Made by a program: the position numbers and the translations under genes. Shown piece by piece: positions 39,443 through 53,587 of a DNA stretch of 64,000 bases. This DNA is from Felis catus (lineage: Eukaryota), in assembly GCF_018350175.1 (NCBI RefSeq), contig NC_058368.1, positions 217,374,001-217,438,000 on the forward strand, in the 5' to 3' direction. The notes under the pieces are model-generated. The model was not told the DNA's origin, did no database searches, and saw nothing but the letters and a program-made list of their open reading frames with translations. Position 1 is the first letter of the stretch. Each line of letters starts with the position of its first letter.

Positions 39443-39905
39443 AAGAATGAGGAAACTGATATGAAAAGAAGTCATTTGGCCAAGGCCACATTGCTAATTA
39501 CCAATGGAGCTAAAAGTCAGATCTGTGTATTTTTACCTTTAGAATCCATGCTTTTAATGACCACGCTATAAACAATTTTAACAAAAACAGGTGAAAATAT
39601 AAAATTAAGTAACAAGAAAGATATTGAGAAACCCCAAACAAAAAAGAAATACACTTCTAATAATAACAGTTTAAATATAACTTATATTGAAGACAGGAAA
39701 AGAGGCTTATTTTATACTGCTGAATGATACAAAATAATGAATGCTATAATTTGAATAGTCACCCATGGAAGTACACAGAATAAAAATTTATAATCCCATA
39801 AACATGATGGCTTCCTTTAATATAAATCCCCTTAGAAATCATCTTATTTAAAAAGTAAAAATATTATTTAAACAATGCAATTAATATGTTGATATAATAC
39901 ATGTA

Positions 39906-40129
39906 GGGGCGCCTGGGTGGCTTGGTCGGTTATGCATCTGACTTCAGCCCAGGTCATGATCTCACGGTCCGTGAGTTCAAGTCCCGCGTCGGGCTCTGTG
40001 CTGACAGCTCAGAGCCTGGAGCCTGTTTCAGATTCTGTGTCTCCCTCTCTCTCTGCCCCTCCCCTGTTCATGCTCTGTCTCTCTCTGTCTCAAAAATAAA
40101 TAAACGTTAAAAAAATTAAAAAAAAAGAA
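39906..40129 (+). mobile_element. CanSINE with TSD
   Basis: TSD ataatacatgta. Confidence 0.96.
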
Positions 40130-40249
40130 ATAATACATGTATATTTTATAAAGAATATCATATTCATGTTTATGCAATTTTCCTGATACACTTAAAATAA
40201 CTAAAAGATAGCCAACTTTTCCATTTTGTTATAAATGATTTATAATTCT

Positions 40250-40848
40250 TGGGGTATGCTGAATGATGACCTCAGAGCCAAAGATGTCTATGTCTTAAAC
40301 CTTAGTACTTGTGACTATGTTACCCAAAGGGCTTTTCCAGACTTAATTAAGATTAGGTATTTTGAAATAGGGAAATGATCCTGGCTTATCTGGGTAGGTC
40401 AATCTAATCACATCAGCCCTAAAAAGCAGAATAGATTCTCCAGCCAGAGACTTAAGATTCAGTAGAAAGAATATTGGAAGGATTCAAAGTGTAAGAAGGA
40501 CTCCACCCAATTTTGCTGGCCTTGAAGATGGAGGGGTAATGGGACAAGGAGCATAGGTGCCCTTAAGACACCGGGAGAGGACCCTGCTCACAACGGAAGG
40601 AAACAAGGAACTCAATATTGCAACCACAAGCCCCTTAATCCAGCTACAACCTTAACAAGCCTGAATACAGATTTTTCCTACAAGCTTCAAGGAAGAAACT
40701 CAGCCTTGCCGTCACTTTGTTTCCGGCTTTGTGTAACACTAAGCAGAGGACTTACACTCCTGACTTACAGGATTGTGAGAAAATAAATGTGTTCTGTTTG
40801 CAGACACTACATTTACAGCACTGCATAAGGGCAGCATTAGAAAATACA
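40250..40848 (+). mobile_element. MaLR LTR (MLT1D/E-like)
   Basis: ccaaagatgtctatgtctt...atgatcctggcttatctgggtagg...ttgctggccttgaagatggagg...gattgtgagaaaataaatgtgtt...gcagcattagaaaatac. Confidence 0.8.
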
Positions 40849-40944
40849 ATTACTTGATGTTTTTAAAAAGGAAAAGAAAAAGCATTCTTAAATGAAAGCA
40901 CAGGAAAACACTTCACATATTCAATTCCTATCCAAGCTTCATGT

Positions 40945-41120
40945 TTATTTTGGTTGAAAGAGAATACACATGCCAAAAAAATTCATCGCGTTAAAGGGGG
41001 CAATTTTGTAGATTTTAGTGTATTCAACATTAGGTAACTATCACCACTACCTAATTCCAGAACATGTTCACCACCTCAAAAGAAACCCCATACCAGTCCC
41101 AGTAACTCCCACCTCAGTAC
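40945..41120 (-). mobile_element. Old L1 3' end (L1MA/L1MB-like)
   Basis: aactatcaccactacctaattccagaacatgttcaccacctcaaaagaaacccc. Confidence 0.75.
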
Positions 41121-41604
41121 AAAAATCATTTCCAATCAGAGTTGAAAGAAAAACTAATATGTATTTAGTCTCTGACCTTTGCATTAAAGGTTTGCCTGTG
41201 TTTTTTTTTAAATCTTGTCATTAACCAAAAATTTACAGCAAGTGACCTGATAATGACCAAATTGATTAAAGCCTAAGTAAATTGTTCCTCAGGATAATTG
41301 CCAGTTGCATTCAATTTTGAGATTAAATTCTTAATAAATTTAATGCCTGCAGCATTTAGAATACAGTTATTAAGTTACATTAAAGTATGGCCCCTGGCTT
41401 CCGAATTTTCAACATCAAATGTTTTTGTGTCTCTGACAAGGACTCAAAAAAAGGCAAAGACAACCTCAGAAAAGTTATTATCTTTTAGCAATTTCATATT
41501 TTTTGGTAACCATTATTTTAACTATTGGTTCTCCTGTGCTTCATAAAATTCCAAAATGATGTCTAACATGGTGTTTTCATGATAGCTACAATAAGAGAAG
41601 AATA

Positions 41605-41805
41605 TTTTTTTAACGTTTATTTATTTTTGAGAGAGACAGACAGAGCATGAGTGGGGGAGGGGCAGAGGAGAGGGAGACACAGAATAGAAAGCAGGTTCCA
41701 GGCTCTGAGCTGTCAGCACAGAGCCTGACGTGGGGGCTTGAACTCCATGAGATCGTGACCTGAACCAAAGTCGGATCCTTAACCGACTGAGCCACCCTAA
41801 GCATT
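41605..41805 (-). mobile_element. CanSINE
   Basis: Canonical antisense body. Confidence 0.93.
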
Positions 41806-42589
41806 CACAGCATTCAATAAGCCATTCTAAGCAAAGAGAAGAGTATTTAAATGTCTTCAATTCCTGTCTGTTTCAGGTAATTTTACATCTGTCCCCTCTA
41901 CTTCTGAGCATGAAAACAAAGGGATTTGTGTATTTATGCTTTACACTGTTCAACACCAACAAGTAAGAGGTTGTAAAACTGATCTTCATGCAAATAAATT
42001 TTGTTTAATGAAGTGTTTTATGACACAAAGCAAACCTATTCTGACGTGCAAGCCTACTTTAAACGCTTAATCCACATTTTAGACGTAAATTATATTTGAC
42101 TTTGAGAATATACAGGCTCCTCATCTGTATCATAATAATTTTGCCTACCTTCTTATTATTAAGAGAACAGGATAAATCATCTCTTCTCTCATGCATCTAA
42201 GACTAAATCTGACACATAATCGTTGTTAAAGAAATGTGTGTTCACACTGGTTTTTTAAGATCTCTGGTGCATTTTTGTCATCTTCCTGTATTGCCCACAT
42301 TTCATAATGCTTGGGCTCAGCAATTACCAATTCCACTTCAAGAAGGAAATACCCAAGGTATGTAAGACCCAATATGGAGACAAGTGTGTGCTACAATGCT
42401 GCACTTCCAAAGAGGTCCTACCTTGACCATCAATTTCCTTGTCATTATGTCCTGTCTTGCAAATTCTCCCTACCCCAGAGTGCTAGATCTAAGTGACACC
42501 ACAACCCACTTATGTAAAGTACTTATTGAATGCTTAGAAAGTTAGTTGCTTTATTGCAAAGAAGTGCAATCAAAAGGGACTAAATACGT

Positions 42590-43680
42590 CGTCAGGATTT
42601 GTTTTCTTGCAAGTAATAGCCTCATACAAACTGGACTGAACACTACAGGCAATTAAATTACCTATAATTTGAAAACACAAAGCAGAATAAAGATAAGCCT
42701 TGATCTATCAACTCAACTATGTCATCAAGGATCACCTCCTTCCCTTTTTGCCCACCTGCTTCCTTCTTCCCATTGAGTCGACTCCATCTTAAGGCTGGCT
42801 CCTCTCATAGATACTTAGATAGCTCCTAATAACTGTAAGGGATATGTGTTTCTTCATCTTTATCCAAATGAAAAAGGAAGTCCTTTGCTCCAATATTATA
42901 GTGCCTCACGGGTTATTCTAGCCCCGGTGGAAATGATTAGCACTAACTGTAATGGCTCAGCTTAAGAAGCTTATCCCTATCCCAGCCACATTTGGCAGAG
43001 ATATGAAATTAACTGGTTGGCTTAGCATGCATGGGTCATGTTTTATCCAGGTCCAGTGAGTGAAGTCCAGTTTTCCCAAAATCAAATAGACTTTCATATG
43101 TCAGGAATAAGGATGAATGCTAGGAAGACAAACAACAAAAAAAAATCTGTGTACTAAAGTAAAAATTGAAAACAACAAAACAAAACAGAAATCCCCCCCC
43201 CACCCAAATCTTGAGATATAAGGTTATCTCAGGGATCACATAAACAATAGAAATAACAGAGATGTGAGAATTCATTTAAAAAAGCTGAAATGAGAGATTC
43301 AAGTACCAACTAGAAACTCTGGCCTTCTTTTCATCTCATCTCTATTGAATTCTTTCTATTTTCTCAGTTATGACCAGAATTTTCCACATGACATAATACT
43401 TAGCCATTCAAAACTTCCAACTTTAAAACAACAAAACTACAATATTAGTCATATGAATGAGATTAACTGCAGCTTTCTTTAGTCACAATATCTAATATCG
43501 TAGACATGGGTTCACAAATTTACATGATAACTGACAGCATTCCTGTTCCAATTAAGTGTGGCCATGGGAATTGAGACACATAAAACAATACAGCTCCAAA
43601 ACGAACCTAATAATTAGACATAACAGAAAGCAGTGACTAGAAGAGGGGTTACTGTGTAGAAAATCCAAAATATGTCTACT
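42590..43680 (-). mobile_element. Degraded MaLR (MLT1-like) LTR fragment(s)
   Basis: gtcaggatttgttttcttgcaagtaatag...caactatgtcatcaagga; a second similar start near 43220; limits uncertain. Confidence 0.45.
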
Positions 43681-44510
43681 CTAATCTGATGTTACTTGTA
43701 GTTAACTGCCTTATACATCCATTAAAAAAATGCTATCTGCAATCTCACCAGTATTACCCATGCCCTACTTTTCCTTTCCACTGCGGATTGATTGACATAC
43801 TAACATTAGATTACATTAAGGTCAGAAATGTTTATTCATCTATCCATTTTTTCTTTCATAGAATATTGCTTTACATATACTTTAACTGAATTAGTTATAA
43901 CATTGACAAACTGGCTACATTTTATTTCTTTTCCTAATATGGCAAGAATTGTGCCATAGTTATATCTATTTGCAATGCTTAAATGGAGACTAAGTGCATT
44001 AAGACTTTTAATTTTGTGTAATTGTTTTTAAAGATTAACTATTGTTCTTATTAAATGCTATGTATCTGACACAGGTATAATAGTTATTCTCCAGTGTAAA
44101 TCCCAAATCTGCCAGGGTTTTATATGAAATTACAGATATATAACAATGAATGTCTTAAATTAAATGTTAGTTTTCCACTCTTTGTAGATCCATTTTTTGA
44201 AGATATGAGTGAAAGTATTCTGGAGATTCGGGTTCTTCTCTTCTCATGATCCATTTTGTCCATTTTCCCTCTATGCTCTTGAACTTCACAGCATATCCTT
44301 ACTTGCCAAAATCTGAAAAACTATATAGATGTATTCTTTAAGGTTTATTGAAAATAATTAAGAACATAACTGTTTGACATGCAGCAGGTATTTTCTATCT
44401 GCCTTGAATGATTTCAACTTTTTCTACTTTTGTCCTTGCTGAGTGTTTTCATTTATAACTGAGAGATAGATGTACTTTTTTATAGTTTTGACTAATAATA
44501 GGGGAGAAAA

Positions 44511-44730
44511 GGGGCACCTGGGTGGCGCAGTCGGTTAAGCGTTCGACTTCAACCAGGTCACGATCTCGCGGTCCGTGAGTTCGAGCCCCGCGTCGGGCTC
44601 TAGGCTGATGGCTCGGAGCCTGGAGCCTGTTTCCGATTCTGTGTCTCCCTCTCTCTCTGCCCCTCCCCCGTTCATGCTCTGTCTCTCTCTGTCCCAAAAA
44701 TAAATAAACGTTGAAAAAAAATTAAAAAAA
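44511..44730 (+). mobile_element. Young CanSINE (SINEC_Fc), 17 bp perfect TSD
   Basis: TSD aataataggggagaaaa at 44494-44510 and 44731-44747; CpG-rich. Confidence 0.97.
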
Positions 44731-47654
44731 AATAATAGGGGAGAAAAAATTCAGGACATATCATATTCAAAATCATCAATGCTTTTTTATCCATTCTTTT
44801 TTATTGCTGATTTTCTGTTTTTCAAGGTTCTGCCTGGCTGATTCTCTTCCAAGCTTTTGGTCTGAGCGTTTGAATCACTATTACATCTCCTGGAAGTACT
44901 CACTCTGCTCCAGTGAGATTCATTTGTTTCTTTCAACAATCCTCAGAGGTAGACAAGGTAGGTATTATTAATCTCAAGTGAATTCTGAAGCACTTGTTGG
45001 TGATGTTGAGGTAGTGAAAGTTCATGTGGAATAGACAGAGGGAATGCTATAAGTATGTTCTCAAGCCTCATTTTTAAGTGACACTGAATAGTAAGTTAGA
45101 ATAATGTCTGATAAAATCTGGCAACCAACGACCAAATGGGTCTACTTGAGAAAAGACTGAACAGCCTGTTAGTGTAAGAATTCAAATCCAGCTCATTTCA
45201 AATCCAAACACATGCTCTTTTCACTACATGACACTGTTTCTGCACTCAGATGCTCTTGGCAGACGTAGAAATAAATGTATCTTGACACACACTAATCATG
45301 ATTTGATACAGGAGGGGTTGAAACAGCAGGGAATCATGGTTCATTAAAATCGTAAAATCATCCAGAATATTTCACAAACACTGCCAGAACATTTTTGTTA
45401 ATTCTGCATGCCCAGTGAAAATGAAAAATTGTTAGGCTCTATCTCACTCAAGCCTTTACATGATTGTCACTTGTATTGGATTTTTAAAGTAAATACTCAG
45501 GTTAAAAACATTATCCTGAGTGCTATGCTTGTGTATGTTTATGTGTTTGAATATGACTAAAGCCAGGGAGGGTGCCTATATCAACTTCCCTGATGTGTTT
45601 TTTTATTGTTAAGTTCTCTTTTTGATCATGATGGAAGTTTTGCTTTGCGATGAGACATTAACTTTGGTAGCATGCTAGGGTCAGGGGCAGGAAAATGCTG
45701 ATATATCATCAATATCATTGCCTCTTTAATATTTCTCTACCTCTTACATTTTATTTGGTGTATAGTATCTTACATTTTTTATTTATTAAAATGCCACATT
45801 GCAGTTTGGAAATTTTATCTTGAATTAAATATGTTCTTTACTGGCAATCTAAATGTTCCAATGCACCCTTATCTAATTTCTTATGGACATAGTTTGAGAT
45901 ACACTGGCCTGAGGTTTGTAAAAAAAAAGGTAAGCTCTACACCGATTTTTAAAGCGTGAACGATCAATCTTTCTCCAGGAGTCTGAATATATGATACACC
46001 AAGAACCCTGCAGCCTCAAGTTTCCTGTTTCTTGTCATTTCCATGAGGAGACTTTTTAATAATCTGGCACTGAGATGGTCAGAATCCTTTTTCTTCCTAG
46101 CAGTCTTTGTGAGCTCAAGTAGCACAATAAAATACCTAAGAAGATGTATCTGCATAAAGGAAACTAGAAATTCTTTGTTAAATGGTGTTTCAATTTCTGA
46201 AGCCATGCAGATTGCATTGTCTCAAAGAAGAAATCGAAAAAAAAAAACATGGTGAAAATGGACTTGATGCTGACATGTTTCCAATTTTTCTATGACTTTG
46301 GTTTTGTCCAGAATATTCATACAACATTGACAGAAAGCAGAAAGTGCTAATGCTGAGGGGAATTATAGATGAAATGTAGACTCACAGTGTTATAATATTG
46401 TATTCAGCAATATGGGTATACTCAAAGAAGAATCAAAGTCCTAATTGAATAAACATGCTCACAGAACATTTTGCTTTTTAAATGATGGTACACAACAAAA
46501 ACATTGGTCCATGAGAGAATATTTACAATTTGTATTCATCTTCCCTAAGATATACCCAATTAATATACAACTAACATGTGTTTTCTAAAATATTATTTTC
46601 AGTCTCTTAAATAGGTGAAAAAATGCACACAAATGTGTTGTATAAGTATAATGCCATCAACAAAACTTTATATTTAGAAAGAAATACATTAACATGATCA
46701 TAGATTGATTAGCACACACAACTTACTAGAAGTATGTCAGGATATTTTGTGAGTTACATATGTCCTGGCATAGAACTAAAATACACTGCTTCTCAAATTA
46801 TTATCTAAAACACATTACTGTATTTACTTCACCATAAAAAAAGAAATAAATATTTGAATCAAAATACATGGGGAAATACATTCATTTTAACATTTATTAT
46901 AAACAGCATACATATGAATTTCCATTGATACATGGTTAGTTAAAATTAAAAATATACAGAGAAACTTTTTTTTCCGTGTGGAAGAAGCTAGCTTTTTGTT
47001 CTACCTTTAATAACTTTATAATCATAAGACTTTAATAACAAGACTATCAAAGTTTGTTTTTGTTTGTTTGTTTTACTTTTTCCAGCTATTAGAATATCTG
47101 TTGATATTAGTATTTATTTTGGTGCAAAAGTAAATACTTTAATAAATTGGTGCTACTATTCTTTGAACATTATAGATTCACAGGTAAATTAGAAGTCACT
47201 TATACTATAAATATAAGCCATGAAAAAAAAAAACAGAGTTTGTTTCAACAGCTGTATATATTGATCCATACTATATTTGTTGTATAGTCAGAAGAAAGAT
47301 TAAGATTTCTAAAATACTTCAGTAGTAGCTGAAAAAATTTCCCAGGCTTATTAGGAGAGCATTCTCCTCGGAGTCTGGCACATTTGCTCCATCAGCCAGT
47401 CAGTTGGAAAAGCCCTACATTCTTCATCATACAGCTATTAATACAATTGTTATACAAACAGTGATATTAAGCTTCTTAGCGTTGTCTAAGCATTGTTTTC
47501 CATATTTGCTCCTAAGTCTCATTGGCATAATTCTATAGATACACAACTTTTGTTCTTATTGCTATTTGTATTACTAAAAGTTTAAGGCTTGAATTTATTC
47601 TTCTATGTATCATTCAACAAGCCTAAGTCTTTCTTGAATCTCCATTCCATAAAT

Positions 47655-47820
47655 CGGGGTTTCCCAACTCTAGACTGCATCAGAATCACTTCAAAAGCTT
47701 CTTATAACAGATGAGGGTACCTGCCCCAAGAGTTTCAGATTTGATAGGGGCTCAAGAAATTGCATTTCTAAGAAGTTCCCATATGATGTTGCTGTTTCTG
47801 GTCTGGGCACATTTATTAAA
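47655..47820. mobile_element. MER5A-like hAT-Charlie DNA transposon relic
   Basis: ctgcatcagaatcac...ggggctcaagaaattgcatttctaagaagttcccatatgatg...ctggtctg. Confidence 0.75.
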
Positions 47821-48693
47821 ATATTCAAAAGAGTTAAACTAAAAGCTACCGAAAAGTTTAATACTTCAATCCAATTGGTTAACTTATTTCTAATCCACAT
47901 AGCTGTTATTGTATCCAAGTAATCTATTCTATTCTAAAATGACATAAATATATTTAACAGTACTTCTTGGAAATTTAAATAGAATGTCTTATCAAAACAT
48001 CCCTTTAATTGTATATTTTAAATATTCCTGATTGATAAATGCAGAAATGATTATTCCTTATTACATAATTTTACAAACTTGTAATAACACCAATATTTTA
48101 ATCAATATAATTCAAATATAAAATGAGTTTAAGGACACTTTTTGTCATGTTTGTTTCACTAAGAGATGTGTAAAAAAGGACAGAAGAAAAAGCATGTTCA
48201 AATTACAACTTTTAGCATTTTTATATTTGTCTAGTTATAAAAAAGGTAAGAATAAAAACACGGATCAAAGTAACATGGCCTAGCTTTTATTCCATATAAC
48301 AATTTCAATCTATGTGTTCCAAGCCATTTCCTAACTGAATCCTTTCATATGATTTCTAGTGATCAACTACAATAAATGTAATTAGTCCTTGAGTCTGACC
48401 ATTACTTCATAACTTCTCCCATGTATAAATCCTCTTTTGACTTTAGTTTATCCAAATATGCCTTAGTTAGCTTTGCTGCAGACGTTAAATTGCACACTAT
48501 TCAACGTGAAATTTACCTTTAAGGACTGCAACATTATCTTAGGTGGAACCAGTTGTCATAAATCAATGAGACATCAGTTTAGAAGTTTAAGCTTTCCAGT
48601 GGAGAAACGTTCCTAAATTTTTTGAGGGTAAAAACTGAGTCTTTTTCCTAATCCCAAGAGTCAAATCTCATTGCACTATTGTTTGACATAGTC

Positions 48694-48752
48694 TGTGTAT
48701 GTGTGTATGTGTGTATGTGCATGTGTGTGTGCGCGCGCGTATGTGTGTGTGC
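48694..48752. repeat. Alternating purine-pyrimidine tract (GT/AT/GC)
   Basis: Direct; includes gcgcgcgcg. Confidence 0.85.
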
Positions 48753-49076
48753 ACTTCTGAGTGAGACATCTCATATGGTGAATGTTAAATAAATTCAGAT
48801 GCTCATTGCCTTACTCAATTAAAGCAGCTGTCGAGTGAATTTTCAAAAAGGTTGTTGCTATGCCAATATCGGTTCTTACATTTAAAATGCAATGCTAATT
48901 TTATCACCTAGTGATATCAAGTTTAAAGAGACATTGTTCCACCATCAGCTCCCCCATTTACTAGATGTGTATTCAATACTCACCCTGTGGCAGGTAGTAC
49001 ATTAGGGATGCATGGATAAACAAAGTGTTCTTTCTGGCAGGAATTACAGTTTTTTGTCCATTTCCCTACAACCTCT

Positions 49077-49120
49077 GTTTGTTTGTTTGTTTGTTTGTTT
49101 GTTTGTTTGTTTGTTTGTTT
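49077..49120. repeat. (GTTT)n microsatellite
   Basis: Direct. Confidence 0.95.
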
Positions 49121-51169
49121 AAACCATCCAAGCAATTGCTGAGTCTTATTAGGACTTCTTAAAAACATTCAGAGACCTAAATAAAATTCATTTGAAAAAA
49201 AGATCTAATTTTAGAAGGTCTTTTTTGAAAATGTCCTTAGAGTTCTGACACTTTATTCTGGATATTTCAAAAATGCAAGAAATTTTCTTTTTTGATTTAG
49301 AGTAGACATTTCCTTTTTAGAGGCCACCCTTCTCCTCATTCATACTACCTGTTTAACAATGAATGCCTCTTGGCACAGCTGGGTTTGATTTGATTAGACT
49401 GGACACTTTACCCAAGTAAATCAATCAAACTCCCTTCCCGTGGAATTCTGATTCAGGAAACTGCTGAGAAATAGATAATAATGATGACCTGAATTGTAAG
49501 TTTAAGAGCACATAAAATCATGGATGGAATTAATCAGGAGACTAATAAAAGACAACTGGTCTTATTTACCAAGAGAAGGAGGGAAATAGAGCAGGTGCAC
49601 ATGAGAAAGAAAGGCTTCAGTTTCACTGGGGAACTGGGAACCCCTAGGAATATCAGGAGGCTGATATTCTGATTCCAGACACCCTCTCTTGACTTAGGGC
49701 ACTTTATGTTTTCCTTGAAATTAAAAGTTTCTTGACTATAACAAAAACAATTTTCTTTCCTGAAAACAGCTGCAAATGATGTGAAACAAACCTACTGAAG
49801 ACCTATTTAGTGATCAAATGGTTTATGGTCCAAACAATCTATCAGGTAATAGATTAAAGGATATTTTACAACCCAAGGTACAATACATTGAAGATTGTTA
49901 TCACTGAGGTGAATAAAAATAAATTAGAGCACACACTATTTTAATGAATCTTCTTTTAAATTTCTACACAGAAAGAAGAGTTGCAATATATTTTGAGAAA
50001 TGGTTTTGTGCACATTTCTCCCAGAGTAGGAAAAACTCATTCTCATATTTTGGAGTGTTTTTTAAACCAAACCAAACTTATTGAACTAAAGATTTTTTTA
50101 TATGCAGCCTCACAGGCTTTTGGTTTTACCCAATTTCAGTGCTTAATTGTGAGTAACCCAACACTAAGAACAAAGGTATTATGCTCTACAGTGCGTGGGT
50201 AAAATTCTATTTTGAATTGAATGATATTCACCATGAAGTTTTTCATGGGAAGAAATGTTTATAATCTTTTTCCAAAGAATATATTAAAAGTTGCTGAGTT
50301 TCCACCACCTGTTCCTGACAGCTCTTTCAGTGTAAGTAATACATCACAGGGGTGATGGCAATCTGATGATGTATTGGAACTATACATCATTGCGGTGACG
50401 GCGCTTTAATGACAGATGAGTAATACATCTTCAGGTAAAGCTCTCAAATTTAGGCCTGCCTGGAAAATAGAGTTTCTGGAAGAAGAAAACATCTTATCAA
50501 CTTTATAAAAGAATGCATGTAATAAAACATAGTTTGCTAGATCAGAAGGCTGTAAGTTTGGATGCAGAAATGAGATGCTGTTAATGTCCATAACTTTTTT
50601 TTTCTTCACATGTTTATTAAAAGTCAAATGTCTTTTGCATTAAAAAGTATTCCTGCTTATTTTTGTCTTTTCTTTACACTTCATTTATCCATCATTGCAA
50701 CATGTATCACTGTGTATTGCTTTTTCAGTTTTTCCTTGGAACTGGAAGAAATTTCCTTTGGCTAAGAATTTTTAAAACCAGTGACACTCTTCTTGCTGAT
50801 AAAAATACCCTAATTCTGTATGGGTGGAGATATTATTTGCCAATTTAGTTCTGCTTTTCCATCTTGAAGAAACTGTTCAAAAACACATTTTCTTGGAGAT
50901 TTTAATTCCATTATTATCTTTAGAAGAATATAAAGAACAGTAATCTTTTGTATATTATACTCATGAAGGGGAATAATAAAAAAAAAATCTTCAGGACAGA
51001 ATATCAATACTCTGCATTTTTAAGGAAGATTATTATCTTCTACCTACATTAAAAAACAAAAACACTTTTACGTGTCATTCTCTTTAACATTGTTGAACTG
51101 TTAGAAGTTGTTGAGGTATATATTTAATTTTGAAATTTAGGGGAAAAAACTCTAAAGGATGCATTACAT

Positions 51170-51185
51170 ATGTGTGTGTGTGTGC

Positions 51186-51221
<36 letters not shown>
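51170..51221. repeat. (GT)n microsatellite
   Basis: Direct. Confidence 0.95.
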
Positions 51222-51226
<5 letters not shown>

Positions 51227-51739
51227 ACTGTCATAATAGCAGAAATCCCTGGCAATATTTAACAGACCTTGATAAAAATGATAAAAATGTGTTTTTATAA
51301 ACCAAAATATTATAATTTCTCTGACTAGAAGAGGCAAAATAATAATCATGATGTGTGTCATATGCCTAGATCTAGGGTGACATGACAGAAATAGTCACTA
51401 TCTCACATTGTAAATCTTACCCCAGGTTTACCTCTGTGACTATTAACACAGGAAATTATCCAAAATGAAAACCAAGGTAACTCTGTTAACCTGTTATTAG
51501 AAAAAATTTATACCCGTTGTCTGAAATTTAAAGAGGAATTTATTTTTCCTTTATCCTAAAGTTAAAGTATTATATATATATATTTTTTTCTCTCTCTTTA
51601 GTAAATTGTTCCTGAAGAGGAAAAAATACAGCTAAAAGATACATGGTGACTGAAACACAGTGCCAGCTAAGCTGTCTGAAATTAAAGGCAGTGGTAAATT
51701 GCCTGTGAGTGAATCTTGATGAAATGATGGAAAAATCAG

Positions 51740-51955
51740 AAATACTGTCTTTTGTGGCAGTCAGACCTGGATTTCAATTTCAACTCTGAGACCTCCTAGC
51801 TGGATGATTACATCATGACACTTAACTGTTTAAGTCTCAAGCTGACCTTCCATTAAACTTGTATGTATCACACATCTCTGGATGGATATTATGAGAATTG
51901 GAGAATGTACATGACAGGAGGCCTGGCACATGTACACACTCAATAAATAGTAATT
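51740..51955 (+). mobile_element. MIR
   Basis: gcagtcagacctggatttcaa...gcctggcacatgtacacactcaataaatagt. Confidence 0.65.
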
Positions 51956-52306
51956 ACAGATTAAAAGTTAAATATACAGATAAATCTTTAAACAGCCTCT
52001 TTTTTGAGTTAAAAAATGTATTTTTCAATACACTGAGAAAAAATAGCAAGAAGAATAGCTACTGTGGTAGAACTTAACTAAACCAACAACAAACCAAAGA
52101 AATCTATTTAGAAGCTCAAAATGCATGGTTTTTTTTATTATTATTTTTTTGAGAATCAAACTTGAGCTACGGAATCAGGCTACTGATCCATCAATTTCAA
52201 CTTTTAAAAATGCAACTTTTTGGGGGAAGTGGGGAGTATATTTCTCTTTCATCATATTCCTAAAATGTGAGACTATATTTCAATAAATATTCTTGTGGTT
52301 TCCAGA

Positions 52307-52778
52307 TGAACAGGTTCTGAAAAGTCTTCCCCAAATGTACCACTTTAACATGTAGACTATTTTGAGTGGAAGGCAATCAAGACCAAGCAGATTCAAGATA
52401 AACTTTTATATCTCCCTTAAACTACCTAAAAGAATTTAGATAGGAACCAGGCCCAAAAAGAGCTATTACCGAGATAACTTTTTATCTGAATGACCTATGT
52501 GTATGGCAGGAGAAGCATCTAATTTCCAAAATCTGGTCTTATTGTCCTGTGAATCACCCTCCTCCCCTTTAAAGCCCCAGGTCCCTATCCCATTTCTTAG
52601 CTCAAGTTGGGATATAAAACTCAATTGACCTGCTCATCTTGGGTCTCACTGTCCTTATGGGGGCCCCGTACATATATATTTAAATTTGTCTCCTGTTAAT
52701 CTCTCTTATGTCAATTTTATTATTAGACCAGCAAGAGAACCTACAAGTGTAGAAAGAAAAAAATTTTCTTTTCCAACA
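52307..52778 (+). mobile_element. ERV1 solo LTR (MER34-like)
   Basis: tgaa...ccccaaatgtaccact...gactattttgagtggaaggcaat; 3' end tctcctgttaatctctcttatgtcaatttt...ccaaca. Confidence 0.7.
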
Positions 52779-53028
52779 GATAATGCATCCTTAAAAAACA
52801 GGTTCAAATAAGTACAAGGCACTTCATGATGAGCTGAAATAAGAAAATGAAATAGTGAGAAGTAGTTACTTTTACTGAATTGCTAGAGCTGCGTGTTTCC
52901 TGCATGTCTTTTGTTTTATCCATATAAGAAACAGACTTCTCTGCATTCCTGAACACCTAAGTAGAAGATCGCCATCCCAAATCATTTCAAATAGCACCTG
53001 CAGATAGGGATTGGTGTCTTTACTTTTC

Positions 53029-53232
53029 TTAGGAAAAAAATCTTTTTAATGTTTTTTTCATTTATTTTGAGAGGCAGGGAGGGGTAGAGAGACAGGGAGA
53101 GAGAATCCCAAACAGGCTCTGCATGTCAGTACAGAGCCCGATACTGGGCTCAATCCCATGAACTGTGAGATCGCATCACCTGAGCAAAACCAAAAGTCAA
53201 ACACTTAACCAACTAAGCCACCCAGGCACCCC
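53029..53232 (-). mobile_element. CanSINE with TSD
   Basis: TSD tctttacttttc at 53017-53028 and 53233-53244. Confidence 0.93.
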
Positions 53233-53587
53233 TCTTTACTTTTCAATTTGAGATTCCTTGAAAGAGAATTTCATCGACCCAGCTTGAGTCAGTATGAACT
53301 GATGTGAACAAAGACAAAAGGAAATATAAATACAATTAAATTTCCTTGTAACTTGCAGTTCATTGACAAATACTTGGGATAGTTAGAGTATGTCATTCCT
53401 CCAGGACCTCTCAACTGTCTTAATGTTAATGTGCCTTGCTAGAAGAAAAAACAACCTTAGCTTGGGAAAAGCCAGGGCTCCAGGATCTGTAAGTCTTCTT
53501 TAACATATGAAAATTCTTTTGGAAACTTTCTTTTTCTCTGCCCTTCCCAACTTAAAAGTATATAATCAATTGCTCCTCACATCCGAG

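Noticed and set aside
39906..39990. tRNA-like A/B box sequence at SINE heads
   Set aside because: CanSINEs are tRNA-derived; these are not tRNA genes.
45964..46255. Overlapping 80 and 70 aa ORFs with a nearby tctttctccag acceptor-like site
   Set aside because: No recognisable protein similarity and no convincing matching donor; consistent with chance.
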